Source of the DNA: Pocillopora damicornis
Taxonomy: Eukaryota
Assembly (NCBI RefSeq): GCF_003704095.1
Contig: NW_020847607.1
Location: 248,001-312,000 of the forward strand
Length of the DNA: 64,000 nucleotides
Direction of reading: 5' to 3'
In this document: in pieces, positions 36,744 to 50,100 of the stretch
How the letters are laid out: every line of letters starts with the position of its first letter
Numbering within the stretch: position 1 is the first letter of the stretch
Position numbers and translations under genes: made by a program
Notes under the pieces: generated by a model
What the model was told of the DNA's origin: nothing
Seen by the model: the letters and a program-made list of their open reading frames with translations, nothing else
Database searches by the model: none

Positions 36744-39446
36744 NNNNNNNNNNNNNNNNNNNNNNNNNNNNNNNNNNNNNNNNNNNNNNNNNNNNNNNNN
36801 NNNNNNNNNNNNNNNNNNNNNNNNNNNNNNNNNNNNNNNNNNNCTCAAGAACTTTACTTACACATGGTAAGAGAGTTATGGGCCGGTAGTTTTCCTTAGA
36901 AAGAAAGATGCTTTTCGTCTTGTCGCAAATGCCACAGAAAGACTCTAGAACTTAAAATTTTCCATGGGCAATCCGCATCTCCCGTGGAACATGAGACTGC
37001 CGAGGACTTGAAAACTAGCTGCCTGCCATTCTAACGACATGTACCGACATTCTAATGACATGTTTGTCTTTCGTAAGTTTTGGTTCTCGCCATCAGAGTT
37101 GAATTTTGGGATGGCAAGCGTATGCAGCCGGGTTACTGAGTTGTCTTGAAAGTGGCGGTATTTTAAGCTGAACGTTCAGCACACTTCCCTTGACTGTAAC
37201 ATGGGCACATACTTTCTCACCATTTATTAGAGTGATGTAATCTCGTTCCCAAGGTCCTCTCTTCCTCCCTCGAGAAAGTAGAGTACTTTTTCGAGGGAGA
37301 AAGAAGGAGGATCCTGGGAACTAGGTTGAAAGTGAGGTTTCTCTGCCACATCGCGTGACTCTTAAGTGCGGCGTCCAACGAGCTCAGATCCTACAAAACA
37401 TTTCTGACGTGTCTCGCTGTTTTATGTCTCCATGAAATTTGTTCATTAAGATTCCCTCTGACTTCCAAAAAAATATGCAGTTTTCATGACATGGAGGTTA
37501 AAACTTGATTGACAACATGTCTCTAGCATGTTTTAACGCTCTATTAACTTTTGCTGTTTACCAAGGAAATAATTAATTTTAGTCATTAAATCGAGTGGTT
37601 TGCTATCGTAAAATGTGATTTCTTACTTTTCAAGAGATTGAGCACCTTAAGGTAGAAGTTGCCAATACATTTCAGAACCAAAAAAAAGGTTATTCAGCCA
37701 CGATTCTAGTTATTCAGAGCAATTACAAGCTGAGGTGTGTGAATGACCTCTGATATGTATATGAAAGTAAACCGTATGCTGCTTTTAATCCACAAAATTG
37801 TTTCCAGCCCATTTATGGGTTGATTGAAGCTGTGTCCACTTACATACAGTCAATCGAAAATAGCCCAAGGCTTTTATTTGCTTAAGCATATTACGAATAC
37901 TTTCTGGCAGTTAGGCCATTTTCACAGAAACAGTGTACATCACAAGTCGTTGCCACAAGCCACGCTGCATGTGAGTATTATTCTCAGTTTCCTTGTTATC
38001 AGATATTGCTCTCAATTTTTTGCAGCAGACTTGTGGTACCAACGTATCATCGTAGTTCTATTTTTAAGTTTGAACATAGTCGTGTTTTAAACAATGCACA
38101 CACAACGCTTTGTTTTTGCCGCAGACTGAATCCTGATCAAGTTTACTCGAAACTTTGTGCATGTTTTATAATTTACATATATCATTCGGTCATCTAACCG
38201 AAGGAAACATGTTTTCTTCTAAAACTTCAAACCTCTTTTCACATTTTTTATCTCATTGTAACATTCCTTGGAGAAATCTCAGTTAAACCTAGCTGTTAAT
38301 TCACTTTGAAAATGACTGTCTAGCCCAGACATGTTTTAATCACATATTCCAGTGGTTAGGATACCAAGCAGACTCAAAATGATAGATTCCTTTGTGAGCA
38401 GCAATTTAACAAAGGTCACTCCCTTTTCAAAAAGTTTATTATCATAAATCTGTACGTGATCAGGGCGGTTATATCACATCAGTGCCACAGATATCAGAGG
38501 TAAGTATTAAAATGAGAAACTAGAAGTCTTCTTCCTCTATTTATAGGACCGAAATCCTTCTGATTCCGACTGCGCAAGGTAGGAATTAAAATCAATTGAA
38601 TTTACCGTGGAAACCCTTAAGTCACGAACTTTCATGGTCTCTTTCGAAAAACCATTCTCGAAATTGCCACAAAAGTGCGGAAAATGTGTAGCAGTATATA
38701 ACTGAATTATCTCTTTGTCGGTTGCGGTATTGGTGTTGGTCGAGTCGGGATAAGTACTCATGAATGAATTCTTCCACACAGTTTACATCGTTACTCTGTT
38801 TGCGCGCAGTTGCAATGAGTAAAACTGTTCTTGTGTGGAGCATATGAATGTCCATAGTCGAAAATTATTGAAATCCTGTCTTCTTTTCGGTGTGTAGATG
38901 GTTTTGCGCTTGTTTTGAACAACGGCTCTTGTAATACGCGCACCATGAATAACCAATTCGTTATACTAATGTCCGTGTATTTGAATACCAGTCGCGGTTG
39001 AGGGCGTTGAGTTGACTCCTAGCGTGTTCAAGGCTCCTCCACTCTTTGCATACAATTGGACTGTAAGATGTAACAAGCGTTTTGCTGTAATTTTTGTAGG
39101 AGGTAGTTTGCAGAATAATCCAGATATTAATTCTCAAGCCTGATCGTTCGGACGTAAGTAAAAATAAGAAGAATTACATTCTCACCCAGACGATCAAGCC
39201 GCCCGCTAAACCTTTGCTGCAAGATTGAAATCGCGTGCTCTTAAACTCAGATATTTAGAAATATATTTTGCTTCCCTCGCCTTAAGAGAGCCATTGAAAC
39301 TTCGACAGAAGAGGACGTTCGCCGTAGCTTTAATTTCCGGTTGAAAGGAGACGGACAAAAAGGCTTCATATCCTACGTGTTTCTGGTCAGTTCACATTAC
39401 AGTTACGCCCTTCTCAGCTTGTTGATATACTTCACTTCGCCTGAAG

Positions 39447-39452
39447 TATAAA
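39447..39452 (+). promoter_or_regulatory. TATA box of DNase copy A
   Basis: TATAAA 64 nt upstream of the ATG, conserved in copy B (47198-47203, minus). Confidence 0.55.
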
Positions 39453-39510
39453 CCTGTATTTGTATATTGCCAGATCGTTAGAAAGGAGTGTTGCTACTAA
39501 ATCTGCAAGA

Positions 39511-41076
39511 ATGGGCAAACTACTTTGGTTAATATCTTGCCTTATGGCCATCGGATTTTATGCAGAGTTATGGTGAGTGTGCAATGAGTATGTATATTGT
39601 TTTACAATTAAGCTTTCTGCATATGCAACTTTAATTTATGTGGCTGACTGCGCCCGTGGGCAAGATGAAGCGAATCCTGTGTTCTGACTGGCTCACCAAA
39701 CGGGCAAGATGGGCCCAATCTTGCCTACTCGTGATTGCCCGCTTCGATTCCGCGCGCTTGCAGTCTACTTACAGAGTTCGCAATTTTCGGATGACAGCAA
39801 GGGAGTCGCAAAAGTAACAGAACACACTCAAAATAAAGGAAACATTAAACGAGTTCCTGAGTTAACTGTGCTACAAAAACCAGCTTTCTTTGCCTGCACT
39901 CAAAAATAAAGAAAGTCATTCTTGATTTGTTTACAGCGCAATTTTTTGCATCATAATAAAATCCTTTACTGAACACTCACTCCCCGTATTTCAAATGGTT
40001 TAACCCAAGATCATGAAAAGAACCTGAGCTCCGACTAGTTTGGCCAAAATATTCTGATTTTTTACTCCTCAAAGGGCCAGACGTAATTTTTGATTATATG
40101 CACGAAATTAATGAAATAATAAAAATGCTCATTTCTCCTTTTTGTTATGTCTATGCTCTAGTGAAACATCTCCAGTTGACACGATTGAAGGAGCAGCTCT
40201 GAAGATTGCAACATTTAACGTCCAAATATTTGGGTACAGAAAAATGGCAAATCATTTGGTCAGAGACATATTAGTCAAGGTATTTTTCACTATTAGTGAA
40301 AAAGAGCTCGACTGTACTTAATATCTTGAGCCGATGTCTGTTTCCTGAGACGTTCACCTAAAGGGTGCCTCGATCCTATGTTCACTGTGCGGACGTCTGT
40401 TGAAGACCTAGAGGATCAATATCAGTATCTGGGCAACTGCCCACCTACCCCTCCCCTAACCCAACATTAACCCTAACTTGTTATCAATTGATTGTTGTTG
40501 AGTTAGGGAAGGGGTAGGTGGGCAGTTGCCCAGATACTGATATTGATCCGATGTAAGATTTGTCCTAAGTGTAATAACATTTGGTCCTAAATGTAGTAAA
40601 GTCCTAAATGTAGTAACATTTAGTCTTAAATGTAATAATCCTCCAATGCAATCGTTTAACTCCGCCAGTGCATTGTTGTTATACCGGACATCCATATTGA
40701 GATGTTAAAGAGGATTCCTTGGTGCAACAGGCTTATCACATTTAGGACCAAATGTTATTACATTTAAGACAGTTATTACATTTAGGACAGTTCTTACATT
40801 TAGGACTTCCACAGACGTCTGTGTAAATAGACTTCCGCTCGCCTCGAGAACAGAAGATCACTGAAGTGGAACTTCCACATCCAGCCAACGCCAGGAGAAT
40901 TTCTTCTCCATCACCTCGTTCGCTTTTGATGAGCGTAAATATATATATATATATGAATCTTTCGTTGACGTTTGATGTTTTTTGCAGGTGGTTTTGAGGT
41001 ATGATATCATACTGATTCAAGAAATTCGTTCAAAGAACGAGGGACCAATAAACGAGCTGTTGGCGGATGTCAACAA
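39511..41076 (+). CDS. DNASE1: DNase I family, copy A, 5' part (exons 1-3) on a probably mis-oriented contig
   Basis: 39511-39572 (MGKLLWLISCLMAIGFYAEL), 40162-40279 (LKIATFNVQIFGYRKMAN), 40988-41076 (LRYDIILIQEIR); GT-AG, phases 2,0,2; truncated by the gap at 41441. Confidence 0.88.
40397..40814. mobile_element. MITE with TIRs built from gtcctaaatgtaataa repeats
   Basis: Ends ctgttgaagaccta / taggacttccacag; flanked by duplicated (g)acgt(c); empty site present in copy B near 45483-45500. Confidence 0.8.
40413..40549. mobile_element. Palindromic MITE nested in the previous element
   Basis: About 48-bp near-perfect TIRs ggatcaatatcagtatctgggcaactgcccacctacccc; GA on both flanks. Confidence 0.85.
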
Positions 41077-41540
41077 GTAATGAATTAACTCATTAACTTT
41101 ATTTTACTCGTCAAGTAATATTTATCGACAATCTAAAGGGAACCTTCATCTTTTCACCTGCCTTCTCGTCAGGTAACTTATTCCAGTTATATGCTCAAGC
41201 TGCACCAGAGTCACCAGAGTTTTTCTTCACTTTTTCCTTCCCTCTTCCTATTCCCCCCCCCTCCTTTCTCTACCTTCTACCTAAGAGTATTCCTATTCCT
41301 GGATAGGATGCTAGCTCATCGCAGGGTGACCCCCAGGATACCGACTGCATCCCACACATACTCAGGCAAAATGCAAAATTTGAGCGTTTTTAAGATGCAT
41401 TTGTAAAGTAACTTTTATCTCAGTTTTCATATGTACTATCNNNNNNNNNNNNNNNNNNNNNNNNNNNNNNNNNNNNNNNNNNNNNNNNNNNNNNNNNNNN
41501 NNNNNNNNNNNNNNNNNNNNNNNNNNNNNNNNNNNNNNNN

Positions 41541-43042
41541 CTTGGAAGAACTGTTCCTCATCTCTGTAAGCTTATGAGAAGAAGAAAAGAACAGAAAATT
41601 GACAAATCGATCCACAATTCGTTTCAGTTATAGATGACATAGACAACGTTTAAATGCGATAACGGCAGAAAGGTGGCAACCAAGCCGAAGGCGAGGAAGT
41701 GACCAATATCCGTTGTTATTTGTTCTACAATTACAACTGAAAATTGACTCACTTGAATCCTTAAATTGTATCTCAATGGGCCAGTGATCACTCACTTTCT
41801 CCGCCTGTAGAAAACAGTAATGCAGTATGTTAATTAACAGTAACATTGCTGAACATCATCAATTCATGAACCACACTGTGCGCAATGTTTAATCGAGAAT
41901 AACGACTACTTTCAGGGGATGACTTTGGATGTCGGTTTTTAATTATGTAGCAATCTCCTCTCAACAGATGTCTACAGATATCAGCAAACACCATGAAGAC
42001 GACTTAAACACGACATTGACTCAACGAACTTACTATGGAAAATCGCCTAACGTTATCGACAGATCGAAACTTCTTGTAACCAATACAGCAGTTTTCAATT
42101 GCGTTTCGAAACAACAACTAACTATCAGGAGAAAGGTTAAAGTCATCATTAACCAGTGAGAACTCGGTGTAAAAACAGGAAACTTGCTTGAAGCGCGGGA
42201 AAACGAGGGTGACCAAGTTGATATTGGTTTTAATTTTGCGTTTGATTGGTCGAGATGGTGGTGCGAGTTTTCTGGACCAATCACAGAGCGAGGTGAAGCA
42301 AACCCAAACCAATCCCAGATTAGTTTCGATATTCGATTAAAAAATTGCCAATCAGCTACAAAAACCAGTCTTATGACGCAGTTAAACTCTGGTAGCGAAA
42401 ATTTCATTGCTATACTCTTGTAATATTTTTCGTTTAGGTTGACGTCAAGGTGTCAGTCACTTTAACAGACAACAGTTCTTTTCAAGACTACTCTCGCCCG
42501 AACGATCAGACTACGCGATCAAACAGAGAAGCATTTTGCTCTTCAAGAAGAAGAACAAAATCCTTCATTTAAGGAGAACCCGATGCAGACCTTTCTACGC
42601 TGATTTGGTAAACATTTTTAACTTATGGAGTCATCTATAACTCCATCAAAACCTCTTATCGTTGCATAAGAATAATGTACCTCATCTTGACTCAATCCAT
42701 AAGCATCTTTGTAATTAAACACATAGGCGCTGTCTGGAAAGATTCCTCTGATCATATTATACCCGGCAACTACCATTCTATAAAAAACAAATAGCTATAG
42801 GGTCATAACGACGATATTAAATGCTCTTGTACCTCAGAGATGATTATATTTCGTTTACTCTCTGTATAGGATACTTTGACTTTATCAATTGAGTTATAAA
42901 TTCAAAAAAATCTGACGTCTTGAGCATTAGCCCGTTGTGAGAGTGCTCTGACTAAGGATAAACGCTCGAACAGTGAGCTTTAGAAACTCTATACGGTGGT
43001 CAATGCACATTATCAACTCAGTTGATATATGTTGTTAATCAC

Positions 43043-43079
<37 letters not shown>

Positions 43080-46000
43080 CCACCGAGGCAACACCACATT
43101 TTCTTTACAAACATACCACCATTACACTTTGCTTTAATTTTGCAGAACAAAATCTTTGATCTTTTGCGTTCAGTTTTTTAAGATCTTGATCACCTATTTT
43201 TCATTGACTTTATCATTGCCATTATCGTTTACATTATTATCATATTATCTTTATTTTTATTAGTAATGTCTTTACCAAATTTACCTGTCATACGGGCAAT
43301 CGGACTTCGCAACTGTAGTGNNNNNNNNNNNNNNNNNNNNNNNNNNNNNNNNNNNNNNNNNNNNNNNNNNNNNNNNNNNNNNNNNNNNNNNNNNNNNNNN
43401 NNNNNNNNNNNNNNNNNNNNGTCTTTACCAAATTTACCTGTCATACGGGCAATCGGACTTCGCAACTGTAGTGTCCATCAGATCAGAAAAGAGCCAATAG
43501 AATCGCTTGTCCGTTGCTAGCCTTATTTTACGCCACTCTGACCTGGTTACATAGCTACAGCCGGCGTTATAGTCGCCTAAAATCATAACGTCTCTCAATT
43601 GCCATCTTTGCACAATGTCGTCATAAACGTCGACCAAATGGTCGATTTCCAACTCTGCAGCCTTTGGTGAAGTATGTATGGCAGCCATAGCAAAGTCTGA
43701 CACATCTTAATAAAGAAAAAGGCAATTCTTCATCAAAATGATCTCAGCTGTGACACCGTCTGACTTTCCCCCCTTTTACATAACGAACATGCATAACATT
43801 GTGTTCTGAAAACGGACCTCCCAAAAATATCGACTGCGCACACTCGGACGAAAGTACGCTGGAGAGTCCGCTGGAAAGAATCAAACCTGTTTTATTCTTC
43901 TCACATATAACACTAGTCGCGCGCACCGTTCCTTTATCACTCGCCAATAAGCAAGAGTCCTCGCGTGACAAACGATTCACAAAAATAATGTAACTTACAT
44001 GCTCCTTTGGCTTGGAAATGGACAACAAAAGGTTCTCTTTGAAATGTGTCTTGGTTGTCGTGATACAAATAGCTGTCCGTAACAGTTACCTTGTCACTCC
44101 TGGCAGTCAAAAAGACAACTTGATATTGGTCTTTTATCATATACTTCCATTTTCAAATATCAAACCGTTTTTGAATCAAACAACCTGAGTCCGGTAAGGG
44201 GCAGTCAAATCATAAAAAAGTCGCTCAGGCGATCTCGGTCTGAAGGGCTTGGTTCTAGTTTAATACTGAGGGGGCTTCTCTTCTACACTGACAATTGTCA
44301 TATATTAATAACGCGCTGATAACATATATTTAGATTTAAGATCGGTGATATCGTTTTTGCTGTTGCCTAGTCACGACCACGCCCCTTCCCCTTCTCCTCC
44401 CCCCTCTTGCTCAATAAACTTGAAAGGTATCAAAAGAAACATTTTCATGGGGTCTAAACCAAAAGCATTCTGTCTGATTTAAGCACCATCCTTCACAACA
44501 CCTACTAACTCAAAGGAGAATCAAAGTGTTCCTTACAAATCGGCTTTGAGCTAGTGTTAACATAGAAGACGGATTAGTATAGTTTATGTAACATAGCTCA
44601 CCTGTATAAGAATGCATACTGCTCCTTGCTGGCTGTGCGACCAAGCCTGACACTCAACGCCATCTTATAGACGCCGGGGGGAGATGAAACCCTGACACAG
44701 GGCAAAAGAGAAACAAAGACTCTTAACTAGCTCTTCGCATTTGCTTTATAAAATACGTAACTGATCTGGAATGAATTAAGGATAGTACATATGAAAACTG
44801 AGATAAAAGTTACTTTACAAATGCATCTTAAAANNNNNNNNNNNNNNNNNNNNNNNNNNNNNNNNNNNNNNNNNNNNNNNNNNNNNNNNNNNNNNNNNNN
44901 NNNNNNNNNNNNNNNNNNNNNNNNNNNNNNNNNGATAGTACATATGAAAACTGAGATAAAAGTTACTTTACAAATGCATCTTAAAAAATGCTCAAAGTTT
45001 GCCTTTTGCCTGAGCATGTGTGGGACAGGAATGGGAGTACTCTTAGGTAGAAAGTAGGGAAGAGTGGGGGCAGGGGAGGGGGGGAGAATGAAGGAAAAAG
45101 TGAAGAAAAACTCTGGTGACTCTGGTGCAGCTTGAGCACATAACTGGAATAAGTTACCTAAGGAGAAGGTAGGTGAGAAGATGAGGGGTCCCTCTAGATT
45201 GTCGATAAATATTACTTGACGACTAAAATGAAGTTATTAAGTTAATTCATTACCTGTTGACATCCGCGAACAGCAAGTTTATCGGTCGATCTCTTTTTGA
45301 ACGAATTTCTTGGATCAATATGATATCATACCTTAAAATCACCTGCAAAAAACATCAAACGTCAACGAAAGATTCATATATATTTACGCTCATCAAAAGC
45401 GAACGAGGCGATAGAGAGGAAACTCTCCTGGCATTGGCTGGATGTGGAAGTTCCACATCAGTGATCTTTTGTTCGGAGGTCAATTTACACAGACGTCCGC
45501 ACTGTGAATATCGGACCGAGGCACCTTTGAGGTGAGCGTCTTAACAAACAGACATCGGCTCAAGATGTCCCCCTCTCTCAGGCTGTCAGCTGTCAAACTC
45601 CCGAATTTCTTTCCTCTCAATCACTGTTATTTTAATTTTCACCTCTACTTAGCGGTCGCGGTGACCTTTTACTAAGTCTCAACGGCATTTAGTTATGGTC
45701 CTCAACTTATATTGAACGGTCATAGAAAGCGGCCCACTCTGATGAAACTCAGAATAATATTTCAAGGATTTTTTGTTCATCTTTCTCTGCCAAAATCAAA
45801 GTGTGTAGTATTTGCGAGCGAGATTTTGTACATGAAGCGGCTAGTTATGGTATTAAATGGAGTTTTTTTTTAGTCTTTTATAATGCCCCTTGAACGGTAG
45901 GACCTGTATTAAGCAGTAGGTATGTGGTTGACCGTGAGTAATCGTATTTGGCCCATATGAGAGACATAAAAAAGATTCTTCTCGGAATTTAGACTTGGAT

Positions 46001-47139
46001 CGCAAAAGAGACAATAAAATTTTTGCATGTATATAGGAAGCCAGTGTAAGAGTTGGGCCCATTTTTTCCTACCAAAACGAGACAGCAATTGAAGTTTTGA
46101 GCAAGGACCTTCTTCACTATAAATAGTTCTATTTTATCATTCTTTTTATAAATATGACGGTTTTTAAATAATCACCTCCCCTGAAAAAAAAACAAATAAA
46201 CAAACAAACAAAAAGAAACACACACACACACACACGTTAGCCGCTACGCCCCGCAGCCCTTGATCGAGAAAAATATGGCGTTTTAAGGCATGAGCTATAA
46301 GCCTCCATCTGTGACTTCCAGTTCCATTATTGAACCCTTTTTAATGCACTAACATCGAAAAATACCTTGACTAATATTTCTCTGACCAAAGTATTTGCCA
46401 TTTTCTTTGACCCAAATATTTGGACGTTAAATGTTGCAATCTTCAGAGCTGCTCCTTCAATCCTGTCAACTGAAGATGTTTTACTAGAGCATAGACATGA
46501 AAAAAAAGAGAAATGAGCATTTTTATCATTCCATCAACTTTGTGCACATAATCAATACCTACATCTGGCCCTTTGAGGGGTAAAAAAAACAGAATATTTT
46601 AGCCATACTAGTTAGAGCTCAGGTACTTTTCATGATCTTGGGATGAACCATTTAAGACAAGGGAGGTGAGTGTTCAGTGAAGGATTTTTTATAAAGCAAG
46701 AAGATTTTGCTGTAAACGAATTAAAAATGACTTGTTTATTTTTGAGGACTGGAAAAGAAAGCTGGATTTTGTAGTACAGTAAACTCAGGAAACTCATTTT
46801 ATGTCTCCTTTATTTTGAGTGTGTTCTGTCACTTTACGACTCCCTTGCCTTCATTGTCCGAAAATTACGAACTTTGTAAGTAGACTCCACGCGCGCGGAA
46901 TCAAAGCGGGCAATCCCGAACAAGCAAGATGGCTCCGCCCGCCCGCCCGCTTGGTGAGGTAGTCAGAACACAGGATTCACTTCATCCTGCCCACGGGCGC
47001 TGCCAGCTACATAAATTAAAATTGTACATGCTGAAAGCTCAGTTGCAAAACAATATTCATACTCATTGCACACTCACCATAATTCTGCATAAAATCCGAC
47101 GGCCATGAGGCAAGATATTAGCCAAAAGAGTTTGCTCAT
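41541..47139 (-). CDS. DNASE1: DNase I family, copy B, exons 1-8 complete, exon 9 truncated by gap
   Basis: Exons 47139-47078, 46483-46366, 45342-45254, 44691-44602 (LGRTASKEQYAFLYR), 44099-43999 (DTFQREPF), 43705-43438 (IHTSP..GDYNAGCSY..DTT..CPYDR), 42777-42681, 41804-41753 (SDHWP), 41570-gap. Equivalents of catalytic E39, E78, H134, D168, N170, D212, H252 and the C173-C209 pair are present; all phases are compatible. Confidence 0.92.
43044..43077. repeat. poly(C) tract
   Basis: About 34 consecutive C. Confidence 0.9.
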
Positions 47140-50100
47140 TCTTGCAGGCTTTGTTGCGACACTTCTTTCTAACGATCTGGCAAGGTGCAAATACAGGTTT
47201 ATACTTCAAGTGAAGAGGAATATATCAACCGTGAACAAATTAATAAGGACGTAACTGTACTGTGAACTAACCACAGACACGTAGGATATGTTGTTTTTCT
47301 ACCTCCTTTCAACCGCAAATTACTAAGTTACGCCAAACGCCCTCTTCTGTCGAAGTTTCGATGGCGTCCTTGAAGAGGGCGTTTTGTTAAGTTAAAAATA
47401 GCAAAACTTGAGGGACAGTGTTTGTTCATGCTACCTGAACTGGAGACAACACACGTCCAAATACACACAATTATTTGCTTCCAAAAATAATTGTGTTACT
47501 GGGTTTCCCTCATAACAACACAAATCGCTTCAGTTGTTGTATAAATGATCTCCTAACCTGTTACAAGCTGATGTCTATGAGGGAAGCAAAAATGTATTTC
47601 TAAATATTTGAATTCAACAGCACGCGATTTGAACCTTACAGTTGAGCGGGCAGCTTGATCGTCTGGGTGAGAATGTAACTCTTCTCATTTCTGCTCACGT
47701 CCGAACGATCAGGCTTGAGAATTAATATCTGAATTATTCTGCAAAACACTTCCTACAAAAAGTACAGTAAAACGCTTGTTACATCTTACCTTCCAGCTGT
47801 ATGTAGAGAGTGGAGGAGCCTAGAACACGCCAGAAGTTAACTCAACGCCTCTCAACCGCTAATGGTAATTAAGTATACGGACATTAGTATAACGAATTGA
47901 TTATTCATGGTGCGCGTATTACAGGACCCCTTCTCCAAAATAGGCGCAAAACCATCTACAAATCGGAAGGAAAACAGGGTTTCAATAATTTTCGATTTTG
48001 GACATTCATATGCTCCACGCAAGAACAGTTTTACTAATTGCAACTGCGCACAAACAGCGTAACGACTGTGTGGAATTTACTCATGAGCACTTATCCCGAA
48101 TCGACCAACACCGACACCTCATCCGACAAAAATATAATTCTGATATATATTACTACACATTATTTCGAAGTTTTGTGGCAATTTCGAAAATGGTTTTTCG
48201 AAAGTGACCTGGAAAGTACGTGACTTTAGTTTCTTCTACGGTTAAAGGAGAGTAGCAAGCGCTTCAATTTATTTTAAATCCTACTGTTCACAGCCGAATC
48301 AGAAGTATTTCAGTCCTTTAAATAAAAGAAAAAAGACTTCTAATATCTCATTTCATTTTTTTTACCTCTGATATCTGTTGTACTGATATGATATAACTGT
48401 CTGATCATGTACAGATTTGTAACAAAACAAACTTTTTGAAAAGGGAGTGGCGTTTGTTAAATTGCTGCTAGTACAGGAATCTTTCATTTTGAGTCACTGC
48501 GTGGTGTTCTAACGATTTGAATATGTGATTAAAATATGTCTAGGGGTGACAGTCATTTTCAAAGTGAATTAACAGCCAGGTTTAACTAGGATTTTACTAA
48601 GGAATGTTACAATGAGATAAAAACTGTGAAGAAAGGTTTAAAGTTTTAGAGGAAAACAGGTTTTTGTTCGGTTAGATGATCGAATGATATATGTAAATGA
48701 TAAAACAAGCGCAAGAGAATAATACTCACATGCAGTGAGCCTCGTGGCAACGACTTGTGATGTACACTGCTTCTGTGAAAATGGCCTAACTGTCAGAAAC
48801 TATTCGTAATATGCTTATCAAGAACCCTGCTAAAAGCCTCGGGCAATATTGAACTATTTTCGATTGAGTGCATGTGAGTAGACACAGCTTCAATAAACCG
48901 ATAAAGAGAAACCGGAAAGAATTTTGAGGGTTGAAAGCAACGGTTCACTTTCGTACGCATATTAGAGGTCACTCACATGTCCAAGCATCTAATTGTTCAG
49001 AACAAAAAGAATCGTGGCTGAATACCTTTTTTTTTGGTCTGAAATGTATTGGCGACTTTTACCTTAAGGTGCAGAATATCGTATTTTACGATAACGAACG
49101 ACTCGATTTAATGACAAAAACAAGCAAACAGGAAAAGTTAAGTAGAGCGTCGAAGACACTTTGGAAACATTTTGTCAATCAAGTTTTAACTTTAATGTCA
49201 TTAAAATTGCAAATTTTTTTGAAGCCAAATGAAAGCTCGATGAATAAATTTCATGGAGACTTAAACATCGAGACATTTAAGAAATGTTTTTTTAAGATCT
49301 ATGACACCCACTTATTGGATACCATAATTAAGAGTCACGCGATCAGGTAAAGAAACCTCACTTTCAACCTAGTTCCCAGTGTCCTTCCTCCTACTTCGTA
49401 CTCTACTTTCTCGCGGACGGAAGAGAGGACTTTGGAAACGAGATTGTCTCACTTTGATAAATGGTGGGAAACCCTGAGCCCTTGTTATAGGCAAGGAGAG
49501 CGCGCTCAAAGTTCAGCTCAGAACACCGCCATTTTAAAGACAATTCAGTAACCCGGCCGCACATCCTTGCCATCCCAGAATTCAACTCCGATGGCGGGAA
49601 CCAAAACTTACGGTGTACAAACAGCTGAGGCTTGGTTCGTCGGCCGTTCTTTTAATTAGCCTTGAATCAAGTTCAAATTGAATTAATTTGAGCAGACAAG
49701 TTGTAAGTTGAAGTATGTTGAGATGAGGTAAGGGGCCAGGTTGCTAGGTTACATTCAAAACGGCCGCATCCAGGCGACGTCGTTAGAGAGCTGTTTGGTT
49801 GCAAAAATTATTTATCCGGATATAAATGTCATAAATTAAGGTTTTATATTAGAGTTACCCCTTTGAAGGTTTTAAAAACTGCTCTTCTCTTTCTCCTTTT
49901 TTCCTTAGCGCACATTGTTACAAGAACTACGATCCCTCTGGTCAGTGTCACCTTACGGTGAAAGGTCAGTACGTGATGTAATTGTCGTATAATGGTTTAA
50001 AATATTTCATGAGAGGTTTGGATTGTACTTTGGACTACATACCGGCACATTTTAATATCCCAACGGTCGGTTGAAACCGATTTTTTCTAAAACTAAATTG

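Larger units (their letters stand above)
37070..41440. repeat. Inverted diverged duplicate of 44934-49615 (DNase upstream region and exons 1-3)
   Basis: Collinear reverse-complement similarity over about 4.4 kb with copy-specific indels; bounded by N gaps. Confidence 0.9.

Noticed and set aside
40555-40810. CRISPR-like short repeats / CxxC-repeat ORF at 40742-41020
   Set aside because: Repeats abut without unique spacers, form MITE inverted arms in a spliceosomal intron; eukaryotic context with no cas genes.
36844-41440. Real inverted, truncated DNase pseudogene
   Set aside because: Bounded by N gaps with k-mer-like identical overlaps; exons are intact; mis-orientation is the simpler explanation.
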